Part shown: one piece after another, positions 1 through 12,720 of the stretch
How the letters are laid out: every line of letters starts with the position of its first letter
Numbering within the stretch: the stretch's first letter is position 1
Assembly: GCA_951406725.2 (NCBI GenBank)
Contig: OX597829.1
Span: 31,558,001-31,622,000, forward strand
Length of the DNA stretch: 64,000 bases
Reading direction: 5' to 3'
Source: Octopus vulgaris
Taxonomy: Eukaryota
Program-made: the position numbers and the translations under genes
Notes under the pieces: generated by a model
Told to the model about the DNA's origin: nothing
What the model saw: only the letters and a program-made list of their open reading frames with translations
The model's database searches: none

Positions 1-463
1 CAGTTTTTGCTAGAATGGAACATATATATTAATTCAATCTATACTCTTACAAACGCTACACCTTTAAAAAGAAATGGACTTGTTTGATTGGCCCTTTAGA
101 AAAAACGGTCAATCTTCGATATACATTTGTGTATGTTTGGTTCTCCCTTTCAAAAGCGATCTTGTTGCATAAAGCTGTAAGTGCAAGAAGACTGTATGTG
201 ATGATGAAGGTATAACAGGAGTTAACGTTTTATCTCGAAACAAGAACAAGTTGTCAAAACAGTTTGTCACAATGAGAGAGAATGCGAAAGAGACTGACTA
301 CAAATGACCGCCCCTTCTTAAATGACAGAACAACAGCAGTACGCCTTGGCGATTTCAGTTCAGACTTATGTCTCGTTATTTCATTCTTGTTTATTTTTGT
401 TTTTTTTTGTTTTACTTCTTTTTTGTCTCTTTTTGTCGTTCATTTGTAAATCGGCTGCACCTT

Positions 464-498
<35 letters not shown>

Positions 499-550
499 GT
501 ACATACACGCATACATTTTGATACACACAAATATAATTATATACATATAA

Positions 551-601
<51 letters not shown>

Positions 602-741
602 AATTATATACGTTTTTATTTTTTTGCAATTTACTTAATCATCGGTATTTTATTATTCTAATTTTAATATTTCTAATAATTTTAATATTTCTAGATGGTG
701 TAATTTAATTGTTCATTTTGAATTGATAAAAGGTGTGTTTT

Positions 742-805
<64 letters not shown>

Positions 806-904
806 TGTGAAATTTGATTTAGTTTTTCTAAATTGAATTTTTTTCCCTGTAAGTTAGGATTAATATTCCCTCAAATAATAGTAATTATTATATATATACA
901 CACA

Positions 905-955
<51 letters not shown>

Positions 956-959
956 TATT

Positions 960-1115
960 TTATTCATTTACTTGTTTCAGCCACTTCATTACGGTCATGC
1001 TGGAGTACTGCCTTAAAGGGCTTTAGTCGAAGAAATCGACCCCAGGATTTATTCTTCGAAAGCCGAGTCGTCTCTTTTTTGGAACCATTAAATTACGGGA
1101 ACGTAAAACACCAAT
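960..1115 (-). mobile_element. SINE family A, 3' fragment
   Basis: TTACTTGTTTCAGCCA...CATGCTGGAGTACTGCCTT...TTTAGTCGA...CGACCCCAGGA is the reverse complement of the tail of the full copies at 25890 and 39770. Confidence 0.7.
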
Positions 1116-1989
1116 ATCTGCTGCATCCCCTATTTCCACTCAATATTATCGATAACATTCAATATAATGAGTCCTTTTTCCCTTAATTCTTTCTTTAATA
1201 CTTTATAGAACTTGCGCTTCACAGTTCCAACGACACAGTGTTGGGCTGTTGTGCGCATGCTCATTTGCCCGAGATAGGAAGCTTCACGCTAGGGAGATAG
1301 AGTACTGTCGTTCACGCAGTGGCAACCCCAGTGTGCAGGTGAAAGGTAGTTTTTCCTTTTGATTCCGTGGATGTTGTGCTTAAAAACGTGTTTATAGTCT
1401 TGAATGTGATAAAGTGTAGAATTGGATTATTATCTTGTTTCCAGCTTCAGTGTTGCTGCCAGGATTTGAAAAACAGGGCAGATTTTCCTCCTTTCTTTTC
1501 TGATTTCGGAGGGGGTGGAAAACAGGGGGGAATTCGCAGCAGTGTTCAGTGAAAAAAATTAAACACACTACTCGACAGTGGCTAAAACGTAAACCGATCA
1601 AATTTATGTATAAATTTTCTTTTTATATGTTTGTTTCCTTTTACACAATATTAAAGCAGCACCCCTACAAATTTTATCTACGAGTCGCCACTGATCGGTT
1701 GTCAAGCGATGGTTGGGGGACAAACACAGACACAAACACACACACACTCTCCCACACGCCCCACCTCTAACCCCACCCTCTGCCTACCTACAAACCCCAC
1801 CTCTACCCCACCTTCTGCCTACCCACATACCCCAACTCTACCGAACCCACACCCCACCCGAGCTTTCCCCACTCTCGCCTTCCCCACCTCCCAACAACAT
1901 CACACCACACCACACTACACCATACAACACTACACATCACATCACAACCCACCACCCACACACCAGCACTGACCAATTCCCATCCCCAC

Positions 1990-2351
1990 ACTTTCACACC
2001 TACACATACATACACGCACACGTCCAGACCACCAGCCCTCTTTCACACGCACATACGTACTCTCTTATACACACACGCACCTTCGTATTGGGGGTCATCT
2101 TTACTTTGTTATCTCCCCTACTTCTTCGCCTTCCTGTGTGGCCCTTCTGTCCGGCAGTCGCCATGATAAATCGGTAACCACCACACGCATTTTTTCTCTC
2201 CTTATTTCTCTCCTTGTTTTTTCTGTGTCCCTTTCTGTAGAAGAGCGTAGGCTCGAAACGTAAAAGATTTTTCCAATTCCTGAGCGTTATACTAATACAT
2301 CTGTTCGTTTTGTACACCACCTGTCTTCGTCTTTTGTTTTTTGTGAACTCT

Positions 2352-2356
<5 letters not shown>
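1990..2356 (+). mobile_element. Penelope-like pLTR remnant with HHR-like motif
   Basis: Ends in (TA)n; carries the HHR-like motif at 2231; downstream TTCCTGAGCGT..AATAC is shared with the minus-strand copy at 22445-22640. Confidence 0.55.
2231..2266 (+). ncRNA. Minimal type-I hammerhead-like motif (degenerate core)
   Basis: CTTT-CTGTAGA-A-GAGC gtag GCTC-GAAA-CG-TA-AAAG: stems I and II pair and stem III is palindromic ACGT; core position A6 is mutated. Confidence 0.5.
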
Positions 2357-2393
<37 letters not shown>

Positions 2394-2713
2394 TTTTGTT
2401 TTTTTGTTTTTTCCAGTTTCAGCTCTTGAGCTGTGGCCATGCTGGGGCACCGCCAATATATATATATTTCAAATACAAAATGGGACAAGAACATAAAACA
2501 TCCGGACAGTTAGGTGATACAAAAATGGGACAACAAAACATCCAGATAGACGGTACAAAGAAAACCAGGACGGGTCCGGCTGATTATATTCGAGATTGGC
2601 CAATCTGGCCAGCCCTAAGGAAAAACTAAGCTAAGAGCATTAGATTCCTTGGAAGAAAGAAGCGAATGTATACAAAAACAAGGAGGGAAAAAAACGGACA
2701 ATGTTACACAAAT

Positions 2714-2769
<56 letters not shown>

Positions 2770-2774
<5 letters not shown>

Positions 2775-2921
2775 GAGCTTCTTTCAGTTTTACGTCTACC
2801 AAATCCACTCGCAGTGCTTTGGTTGGCGCAAGACTATAATTGAAAACACTTTCCCAAGATGCCACGCAAATGGACTTAACCTGGAGCCATGTGGTTAGGC
2901 AGCAAGCTTCTTACGACACAG

Positions 2922-2922
<1 letters not shown>
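2770..2922 (-). mobile_element. SINE family A, 5' fragment
   Basis: CTTCTTTCAGTTT..CGTCTACCAAATCCACTC...GACTATA...CCAAGATGCCACGCA matches the family A head. Confidence 0.7.
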
Positions 2923-2981
<59 letters not shown>

Positions 2982-3139
2982 CCCGTCGTTGCCGGGTCAT
3001 AATGCTAGTGCATGTATATATGTGTATATATATGTGTACATATTACATGTACATCTATATATAAACATCTACACATAAAATACAAAATATAAAGTTATAT
3101 CTTGATATCGCTAGTGATAACAATACTCAAAATATATAA

Positions 3140-3690
3140 CAGACTTGAATTGTAGGCCCGTCTCTTGCAATTTCGATTAATTGTATCTTGTCCTTCCTCT
3201 TGTATAGAAGTGTGGCTACAATCCAGCCTACCTCTACTTCTGGGGGGACATTTTAAATTTTTATCCGGGATGTCCTACGTCCCAGATATAAAGGTAAAAA
3301 TAAAATATTTCCACTTTGCAAGGTTCGAGTCGAGTACTCCCTTGCACGCTCCGTTGACTCGAACCTTGCTTCTATTGTGGCGAATTTACCGCCTCTAGTT
3401 AGATATCTTTCGTAGTCGCACCAAGACACTTTTCGATGGTGCTTTCCTCCAGGTGTTCAAATCTTTTTTTTTTTTTCTCTACATTGTATACTTCATAGAC
3501 AATAAAAAATTAAGTAAATTAATTTTTTATTTCGTTTGGTGGTGTTATCCTAGATTCACCGTCTTTGTCCGTATTTCTTCCATTTTAATTTCAATGAGTT
3601 CGCGCCCACCGACGGCTGCAGCGAAATTCATTTTTGGACTTTCTTCTATCGAAGGCATTCTAACAAAAATGCTTCCGTGTAAACGGTGAA
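3140..3690 (-). pseudogene. Degenerate LINE ORF1 (gag-like) N-terminal fragment
   Basis: Manual minus-strand translation gives MPSIEESPKMNFAAAVGGRELIEIK...YLTRGGKFATIEARFESTERAREYSTRTL...PLYLGRRTSRIKI*NVPPEVEVGWIVA with stops and frameshifts; resembles Tx1/L1-type ORF1. Confidence 0.4.
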
Positions 3691-4189
3691 AATATTGTCA
3701 ATTTCCCCAAAAAGAGACACAATTCAATTTTTAAACAATAACGAAAGCTTCTTCTCCTAAAGGGGGAGGGTTACAGTTTACAATTATTTAACAAATGCAA
3801 CACAACAACGTTTCCTTTACGAGGAACCAACAAAGGTGATAACAATAGTTAAACAGTGAATCAAAAAGCAGTACGCAGTTGAAGCTATAGTCCTTTATGT
3901 ATAATAGTCCATCTGGACTATTCCATTTCTGCACGCTAATTTTATTTTTAATTTATTCCCATTCATGTGAAACCACTTATTCAAGTTCAAGTCATTGATG
4001 CAATTTTATACCAATTGCTATTTTTACTGTTGTTATGTTACAATTATATTATACTTTAGTTTGATTTTAATTATTACTTACTACATATAATTCAATTGTT
4101 ATTATTATCTCTAATTTTTATTGTTAAAATGAAAGTATCTGACATAAAATAGAGAAGTGCTTTTTTTCACTTTTAACACGTAATACTGA

Positions 4190-4500
4190 AATTGTGGAGA
4201 AGATATGATATTGCTATGGGCTCGCCCTAGGCAAGAAGTTGAACATTTTTTTTTTTTGCCCATGAAACTACATGTGTAAAATTTGAATGAAATTGGTTGT
4301 GTAGTTCTCAAGTTTTAGGAAATCGTAGTGGAGAAGATATGATATTGCTGTGGGCTTGCCCTAGGCAAAAAGTTAGAAAAAAATTTGCCGATGACACTCC
4401 CCGGACCCTAAGTAAGGCATGAGTAAAATTTGAATGAAATTGGTTGTGTAGTTCTCAAGTTTTAGGGAAACACACAGACACACATTCTCAGTTTTATATA
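4190..4500 (-). mobile_element. Helitron-like non-autonomous element, 5' part with internal ~135-148 bp duplication
   Basis: Minus strand starts (TA)n-TAAAACTGAGAATGTGTGTCTGTG...AACCAATTTCATTCAAATTTT; GTGGAGAAGATATGATATTGC and AAATTGGTTGTGTAGTTCTCAAG each occur twice. Confidence 0.45.
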
Positions 4501-4505
4501 TATAA

Positions 4506-4556
<51 letters not shown>

Positions 4557-4619
4557 CATACATACATACATACATACATACATACATACATACATACATA
4601 CATACATACATACATACAT

Positions 4620-4775
4620 ACGAAGTGCTTCTTTTAGTTTCCGTCAACCAAATCCACTGACAAAGCTTTGGTCAGCCCCAGACTATAGTGGCAGACACCT
4701 TCTGAAGGTGTCACGCAATGGGACTGAATCTGGGAGCATGTGGTTGGGAAGCAAGCTTCGTGGTGACAGCCATGA
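4620..4775 (-). mobile_element. SINE family A, 5' fragment
   Basis: TTTCCGTCAACCAAATCCACTGACAAAGCTTTGGTC...GACTATAGT...CATGTGGTTGGGAAGCAAGCTT. Confidence 0.7.
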
Positions 4776-5369
4776 ACACACACACATACGTATGTATGTA
4801 TGTATGTATGTATGTATGTATGTATGTATGTATGTATGTATGTATGTATATGTATGTATGTAGCGCTGTTCAGACCGGGAAATGTAAAGGCCAACTGATG
4901 GTTAATTTTTACACGGTTGATGTTTGTTTTACTTTTGAGTCAGTATTGCCGGTGGTTAGATCTACACATTGGTACATATGATTACGTTTCTTCGAGCCTT
5001 AAGGCGTACTACGTTTGTACTGCTGCCGTAGAGAACCATGCCAAGGTTTTAGAATTATGGATTTAGGTTGTGTTGTATGGTACTGTTCAGCATGGGTCGG
5101 GAAGGGAATTCTTCACATAGAATCCAGTACCTAAAACTGTTCTGGAAGAAACTGAAGGAGAAACATTCTGCTTTCCTATTAAAGGTTACATGAAGTTTAG
5201 ACTCTCTGAGACAACTTAGGTTAAATTGCCTAAATATGACGGAAATGTCGATATGTCATATATCAGTGAAAGGTATTACACCTATTATCAGCAGTGGCTC
5301 CGAAATATCATTAATATAATACCTTTCTACGTGGTATGATGTTGTTTCTTATACAATTTGCAATGCTGT

Positions 5370-6596
5370 CTACGAGTTCCCGGACCATTTCTGTAGCGTG
5401 CCAACAGATGCGTGCACACTGAGAGTTAACAGTGACCTTCATCAGCCAGAGTGCCGAGTGACATCTCTGTGTTTACTTCGTAAGTAGTGAAATTTGTGTT
5501 TTTGTGATCACGTGTATGCAGCAGTCTGCGATTTTCTCATGGACAGGAACAAAGAGCCAATGTGAATTTTTGTATGAAACTTGATAAGTCTGCCACGGAG
5601 ATATTGAGCATGCTTCAGCATGTATGTATGTATATGGTTATTTTAGAGATAGAAGGGAACAAATCCTATCTAATATAAACACAATTTAATTTCGGTTATC
5701 TTAAATGCATAGTTACCGAAAATTTAATACTCGTTGCAACGAATAAGGTGGGTTCTAAAACTTGATGACTAACCACATCGACAACTCTTTATAATAAATA
5801 TCAACCGGTCTAAACATCGCGCAACCTTTTCAGTGTAATCTTCAGTATTTATTCTACCCTGTCTCAATTTATAATCTATGCTATTAACTCCTTCTTTTTC
5901 CCCTTTTCGAATACGAACCTGTACACGAGTGGTCGGGGCGCTACAAAAAGAACATCCCTGTAAGACGATCAGCTATCTGGAGATCGCCCATCGTCTTACA
6001 GGGGCTCGCTTTTGAAGTGCTCTTACCATTGGAAAAATTACGTACGACCCATTGCCACCAGCGTCACCCATGGAAATGCGGTATTGCGCTTCGAGAATTC
6101 GTTCCCACCCACCCACCCAAGCCAGACCGTCAATCGGGAGCTCTACTACGACGTTTTGAAGCATCTGAGGGAGGGCGTCCGGCGAAAGCGACTGGATGTG
6201 TGGAGCGAGAAGAATTGCATTCTTCATGACGACAATGCATCTGTCGCTAAGCTCTCTTTGCTCGTGAGTTTTTCGCCAAAAACAACTTGGTATCGCTTTC
6301 GCACCGATGCTATTCGCCAGCACCTGCGGACTTCCATCTCTTTCCCAAGATGAAAATTCAGCTCAAAGGTCGCCGTTTTGATTCCGTTGTCGAGATCCAG
6401 AGCGTATCGCAGAAGAATCTAGACTTGCTTACGGAAAACGACTTTCAGGCCGGATTCCAAAAGTGACAGAAACTTTAGGGCCGGTGTATTGCTGCGCAAG
6501 GCGACTATTTCGAAGGCGATAATGTTAAAACTTAGGCAAATAAGTTATTTTTTATTAAACATAACCAGTCCGGAAACCTTTTGATACCACCTTGTA
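5370..6596 (+). mobile_element. Defective mariner (family M1), interrupted by an insertion at 5622-6029
   Basis: Transposase remnants (QTVNRELYYDVLKHLREGVRRKRLDVW...ILHDDNA; KMKIQLKGRRF); 3' TIR GTCCGGAAACCTTTTGATACCACCTTGTA; same family as 12275 and 28846. Confidence 0.85.
5622..6029 (-). mobile_element. Unclassified repeat with (CATA)n end and terminal hairpin, inserted in the mariner
   Basis: 5636-5920 is an inverted copy of 7060-7350; imperfect hairpin at 5929-6029 (CCCTGTAAGACGAT...ATCGTCTTACAGGG). Confidence 0.6.
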
Positions 6597-7059
6597 TTTC
6601 ATAGAATGCCTTAGAACAAATATTTCTGACTGCTACCACAGCCATACATCTCAACACGAAGAATATTTGTAGATTTCCATTAAAACGTTTGCTAGATAGA
6701 CAAAATATATTTGTGACATATTTGTTTAGGACCAGTAACAAAGTAAAGGATAAACTGTTGTGGAGGTAATCTACCGTTTAGATGTGAACATTACATGCAA
6801 AAATCAGTTAGAAAAAAGACATTAGAAGTCAATTTCTTTGAAACTTGTAATGTTTCCATCCAGAACCAGAAGTTACATTAAGTTACTTATTATTTTAGTA
6901 TTAACTTTAGAAATGTGGTGTTTCCTAACAATGAAAGGAATGGGACATCTCAGAAAATTCTATCTCAAAGTGTACAGTAAATATACAGCAACGTCTAGTA
7001 ATATAAGTAAATGAAAGAGAATATTTTAAATCAAAAATATTAAACAGGAGAAAAACTTT

Positions 7060-7355
7060 GTGTGCAGATTCGTATTCGAAAAGGAGAAAAGAAGGAGTTA
7101 ACAGCATAGATTATAAATTGAAACAGGGTAGAAAAAAATACTGAAGATTACACTGAAAAGGTTACGCGATGTTTAAACCGGTTGATATTTAATATAAAGA
7201 GTTGGCGATGTGGTTAGTCATCAAGTTTTACAGCCCACCTTATTTGTTGCAACGAGTATTTAATTTTCGGTAAGTCTGCATTTAAGATAACTGAAGTTAA
7301 ATTGTGTTTATATTAGATAGGATTTTTTCCCTTCTATATCTAAAATAACCATATA
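7060..7355 (+). mobile_element. Second copy of the same unclassified repeat, ending in (CATA)n
   Basis: Reverse-complement similarity to 5636-5920 along ~290 bp. Confidence 0.6.
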
Positions 7356-7499
7356 CATACATACATACATACATACATACATACATACATTCATACATAC
7401 ATGCATACATGCATACATACATACATACATACATACATACATACATACATACATACATACATACATACATACATACATACATACATGCACACATGTAAC

Positions 7500-7725
7500 A
7501 CACTGCCTAAATATCGATCTTGAGAAATTAGGCTTCTCAAAATCAGAAAGAAGAAAGCTAATTTGAAGACTACAGATCCAATCCATCACCGAAACTATAA
7601 AAATCTGCTAAACTTTCCAGACGTTTATCATTTAAGTATATATGAGCATGTCTAGATATGCAACTATATGCATGAGAATACATACATAAAATAAAACATA
7701 TAAATCTGCACATATACATACATAC
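7500..7725 (+). mobile_element. 3' fragment of R4/Dong-like LINE
   Basis: Close match to 32750-32960 (CTTGAGAAATTAGGCTTCTCAAAA..AGAAAGAAGAAAGCTAATT..AAGACTACAGATCCAATCCATCAC); flanked by (CATA)n. Confidence 0.85.
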
Positions 7726-7784
7726 ATGCACATGCACACGCACACACACACGCACACACGCACACACGCACACACACACATATA

Positions 7785-7840
7785 TGGGGTAAACTCGGAA
7801 CCATATATATATATATATATATGGTTCCGAGTTTACCCCA
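7785..7840. repeat. Perfect 56-bp palindrome centred on (AT)10
   Basis: TGGGGTAAACTCGGAACC-(AT)10-GGTTCCGAGTTTACCCCA. Confidence 0.9.
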
Positions 7841-7931
7841 CTACATATCACCTTCGGAAAGTGTCTTCTACTGAAGGCTCAGGCCTACCAAAGCCTGTGG
7901 GTGGCTCTAGTAGGCGGAAACTGAAAGAAGC

Positions 7932-7963
<32 letters not shown>

Positions 7964-9236
7964 GCAAATGTGGAGGAAAAATGGCGGGAAAAAAAGAAGA
8001 AAAATATGAGGTGAAGTTCGTCCTGTTTTTCGCTGCACAAAGAGGGGATACCGAACATTTAGTTTTGTGCGCCATGGAAGTATGCTTTTTCATTACACTG
8101 ATTTGAATAGGAAAATCAATTAACAAAATTCTGAATGTAGATCACAAGCTAGTCTAGGTTTAAGTTGCTGTAGATCACAATGGCATGTGAATCACATACT
8201 ACACCGGCACCACCTAATGTCTAGTGGAGACAATTTGGTTGACGAAAACTGCACGAAAGTTCGTTGTATGCATTCTATATGCTATTCATATTTTGAGTTT
8301 TCTTTCAGTCATAAACAAACAGGAATATCAGTGTAAGAATGTTGATGCGGCCTCTCTTGCTGTTTGTTGAATGACTCTGAAAATACTTCCGTCTTTGTAT
8401 GATACTTGAGAAGTTAAATAATAATTATCCATTAAAATAATTTATGTGTCGTTTTGATAATTCAATTTTTTTCAGATCCTCTTTGGTGTAATTAATAAAG
8501 CAGCCTTCCAGCATTTGATGGATACTTGAGGATTCAGCTCGCGTGAACGGTGCTGTTCGCTTTTTCTGCGTTCGATCGTATTTGTTAATATGGTGTATGA
8601 GTCTACAAATTAACTGTTTATATTATATGCAGACACACACAGAGATGTATATGATGTGTGTATGTGCCGTTAAGTACAGGCTATCACACTTTCAATGGCG
8701 AAGCGTAAGTAACTTTTATAATCATACAGAGAAGAAAATATATTAGGTTTAATGAAAATTACTCCTAAAAGGGACAGTGCATATATGAGTGCATAAGTAT
8801 GTGTGTGCATGTAGTGTCTGTATGTGTGTGTGTGTGTGTGTTTGTCTATATGGGTGCATGCGCGTACGTGTCTATGGTTGTAGCTGCCTATATGTTTCAA
8901 TCGTCGTATAAGGCATCAACAAGTTTCGTCCTATTGCAATCTAGTCACTGATACAATCTCACTGCATCTACTGATAGTAAATTCCTCACCAGTTTCTATA
9001 AACCACAGAATATTTCTTTACAAACTTGCGAATCGTTAGTCTTTTTATGTGTCGGTTTCTTAGATACATAATTAAATTCATTCATTTTTAGCTCTGCCCA
9101 ACTTTCTTTTTCTTTTTTCTGAGTGACCTTCCTTTTGTTATTTAACAATTAACTTATGTCTTCTTTTCATTGCTTTCAGATTTTATTTTTTTCCTTCACT
9201 TCAACTACCCCTTCTTGTTTATTTATTCTTTATTCT

Positions 9237-9255
9237 TTATTATTATTGTTATTAC

Positions 9256-9288
<33 letters not shown>

Positions 9289-9290
9289 CA

Positions 9291-9330
<40 letters not shown>

Positions 9331-9359
9331 CGTCATCGTCATCGTCATCATCATCATCG

Positions 9360-9403
<44 letters not shown>

Positions 9404-9455
9404 GTCATCATCGTCGTCATCATCATCATCATCATTATTATTATTATTATTATTG
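9237..9455. repeat. Compound (ATT)n/(ATC)n microsatellite
   Basis: Directly visible. Confidence 0.95.
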
Positions 9456-9976
9456 AGTGAAAGAGCAGTGCATGCCATCAAAGTGACACTGGGGTAAAAT
9501 ATACAATGCCCAGTATACCCTTATGATTATCCCTTTGATAACGGTACACCGGGCACATGCATCATAACCATATGTGCGCGGCATAGTGATCTCATCAAGA
9601 TAAACGTCACATGACCTTGCAGGTGGAGGCCCAGTTAGAATTTTCTTCAGGTCGAGTAACCCATCCTGCTAAAAAGGTCCATGAATTAGGGTTGTTTAAG
9701 GATGTTGTACGAACCACCCATGCTTCCAAAGGTGAATTATCCAAACCCCAAAGAATTCCATTCAACACATGGCTTTGGTGCTCCCCCACTACTTCTGCTC
9801 GTGATCAGAGATGCACATATCGTCAGCCACTAAGGGACATGCTCAACTGGCTATGGTCAAAGAACTTAGAAGCAAATCTATGGTATTGAACAGAATATTT
9901 ATTGTAGCTCATCTATAATACGAGTTAAGATCAAAAGCCGTGAGAACCACTGCCTGATACTGCATTAGGGCATTCA
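9455..9976. mobile_element. Unclassified ~520-bp element embedded between (ATT/ATC)n arrays
   Basis: Higher-GC complex sequence bounded sharply by trinucleotide microsatellites; no convincing ORF. Confidence 0.4.
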
Positions 9977-10161
9977 TTATTATTATTATTGTTGTTGTTG
10001 TTGTTATTATTATCATTATCATCATCATCATTATTATTATCATCATCATTATTATTATCATCATTATCATCATTATCATCATTATCACCATTATCATCAT
10101 TATCATCATTATCATCATTATCATCATCATCATCATTATCATTATCATCATCATCATCATT

Positions 10162-10238
<77 letters not shown>

Positions 10239-10364
10239 TATCATCATTATCATCATTATCATCATTATCATCATCATCATTCATCATTCATCATTATCAT
10301 CATCATTCATCATTATCATCATCATCATTCATCATTATCATCATCATCATCATCATTCATCATT

Positions 10365-10396
<32 letters not shown>

Positions 10397-10440
10397 TATC
10401 ATCATCATCATCATTATCATTATCATCATAATCATCATAA

Positions 10441-10478
<38 letters not shown>

Positions 10479-10497
10479 TCATTGTTGTTGTTGTTGC
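9976..10497. repeat. Compound (ATC)n/(ATT)n/(GTT)n microsatellite
   Basis: Directly visible. Confidence 0.95.
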
Positions 10498-10507
10498 TAC
10501 TAATGCC

Positions 10508-10725
10508 TTTGGCCGAATGGTTAGAGCAATAGACTAAATACCTAGCGGTATTTAGTTACAGCTCTACTTGCGTTTTTGCGTTCTGAGTTCAAATCATGTC
10601 TTGGTCAACTTTGCCTTTCAACCTTCCAGAGTCGATAAAATAATGCGCCAGTTAAGTACTAGAGATCGATATAATCGGTTAATCCCACTCTCCAACAATT
10701 TCTGTCCTTGAGCCAATGTTAGGAA
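10508..10725 (+). mobile_element. SINE family B, degenerate
   Basis: GCGTTCTGAGTTCAAAT...GTCAACTTTGCCTTTCAACCTTCCAGAGTCGATAAAATAA matches 36890-36960. Confidence 0.7.
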
Positions 10726-12193
10726 TTGTTATTCTTATATAAAATCTTTTCTAGTCTAGAGTGAGAGATAGGGGGAGGGGAGAGAGGAGAGAAAGAGAGC
10801 GGGAAAGAGAGGAAGGGGGTGAAGAGAGAGAGAGAGAGAAAGATCGGTGCGGTTCATCATTCGGTAAGTTTTTATACATTTCCTCAAAGAATCTTGATTA
10901 TATCGAATCCAGCAAAAAAGTCACAGGAAAACTTATTTTACGGGTTTTGTTACTTTGTTTTGATCCGTTATTTCAGATATTGATTAAACGTGCTTTCTTG
11001 TTTTTCACATCTGCACTACAATAAATACATGTAATAAGCTATTATATAAATGTTTTCCCCTCTGTTAGACCCCTGTTTGGTCACGTAATAAATGAAGAAA
11101 AATTACCTGTCTCACGCATCACTCTAGCATATCGCACTGTCTTCCTTGCTATCACAGCAATTACCCACGACTACAGCGCCAGAAACATTTCGCTTCTGAA
11201 AAACCTTCAAGGCATTTCACACACTGCAATTCTGCAAGATCTGCTAATTCATTCCTGCACTGCCCAGTCACTGACTGCACATTTTTGCACGCAAATTGAC
11301 ACAGCTATTCGGACTTATCCGAATAGAAAATTGTCCCGTACACACTTAAATGATCTTCTCTCTATGTTTTTTTTTTTTTTTGGAAACTCTCTGGAGACAA
11401 GTAATGTAGCGCCTTCATTTGGGCATAAAGTAGATTCGAACCTGAATCTGCCTATTTCCTTTAACATTTCATCAGCACTTTAACATTTCAACAGCACTTT
11501 TCTCACAGAAAAACAATAGTGAGAGCAGATACATTTAACATATGGCTTTGCCAGCCGATTTATGTTTTTGCCACTTGGCCCTCCTAACCTCTTCAAGGCC
11601 ATGAAAGGTTAGAACTGATATAACAGGTCGACTCCCAACAAAATCTATTGTTCTCTGCAATATACCTATTTTTTAGCTAGTTTTATATAGCTATAAATAC
11701 AAGAACTCCGTAAGCCAAAATCAGTTAGCGAACAGAAACCACCAGAGATGGCCACAGGCAGATAGCCACTAGAAACTAACGGTCAGAGTGAGAAAGAAAA
11801 CAATCAGCCACTATGATACATACAACTTTCACTCTCTATCTATCACTGGGTTATTTCTCTTCTCTACAACATTATCCTATCTCTATCTGTGATTTACTAC
11901 TACACAATGACGAGAACCCAAACACAAACTACATAAGGTAAATCTACGCTGTCTCGCTTAACCTCGCATGCTTTACGAATTACATTATACCAACCCGTCA
12001 AAGTAACGGTGATAAATAATTGCTTACAACTTCGATCTGCAACATCAACATCCATTACAATTGATAACTGCCGACTCCAACAATTATCATAATACATCCC
12101 GTTACAACTGGTGATCACTGACTCCCTCTAAAATACCGTTACAAGGTGAAAAAGAATATAATTTCATAGACTAAATATTATGTATGTGCACGT

Positions 12194-12274
<81 letters not shown>

Positions 12275-12276
<2 letters not shown>

Positions 12277-12720
12277 CGAGGTGGTATCAAAAGGTTCCCG
12301 GACTAGTTATGTTTAATAAAAATAAAATAACTTAGTTACCTAAGTTTTACCTTCGCCTCCTTCGAAATAGTCGTCTTGCGCTGCAATACACTGGTCCCAG
12401 CGTTCCTACCACTTTTGGAATCCGACCTGGAAGTCGTTTTCCGTAAGCGATACGCTCTTCATCTCGACAAAGGTATCAAATCGGCGACCTTTGAGCTGCA
12501 TTTTCATCTTGGGAGAAAAGATGGAAGTCCGCAAGCGCAAAATCTGGCGAATAGCGCGGGTGCGAAAGTGATACCACGTTGTTTTTGGCGAGAAACTCAA
12601 GAATGAGGAGAGCTCGGTGACAGGGTGTATTGTCATCGTGGAAAATCCAATTCTTCGGGCTCCATAGATCCGGTCGCTTTTGCAGGAGAGCTCTCGATTA
12701 ACGGTCTAGCTTGGGGTGAC
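12275..12720 (-). mobile_element. Mariner family M1, 3' fragment
   Basis: TA-CGAGGTGGTATCAAAAGGTTCCCGGACTAG TIR; FSPKMKMQLKGRRFDT...ENDFQVGFQKW. Confidence 0.85.

Noticed and set aside
2575-2615. CTGATTA..GAGA-TTGGCCAA-TC palindrome as a hammerhead
   Set aside because: Two core mutations and no stem I or II
7136-7170. CTGAAGA-ttacact-GAAA as a hammerhead
   Set aside because: Stems I and II do not pair
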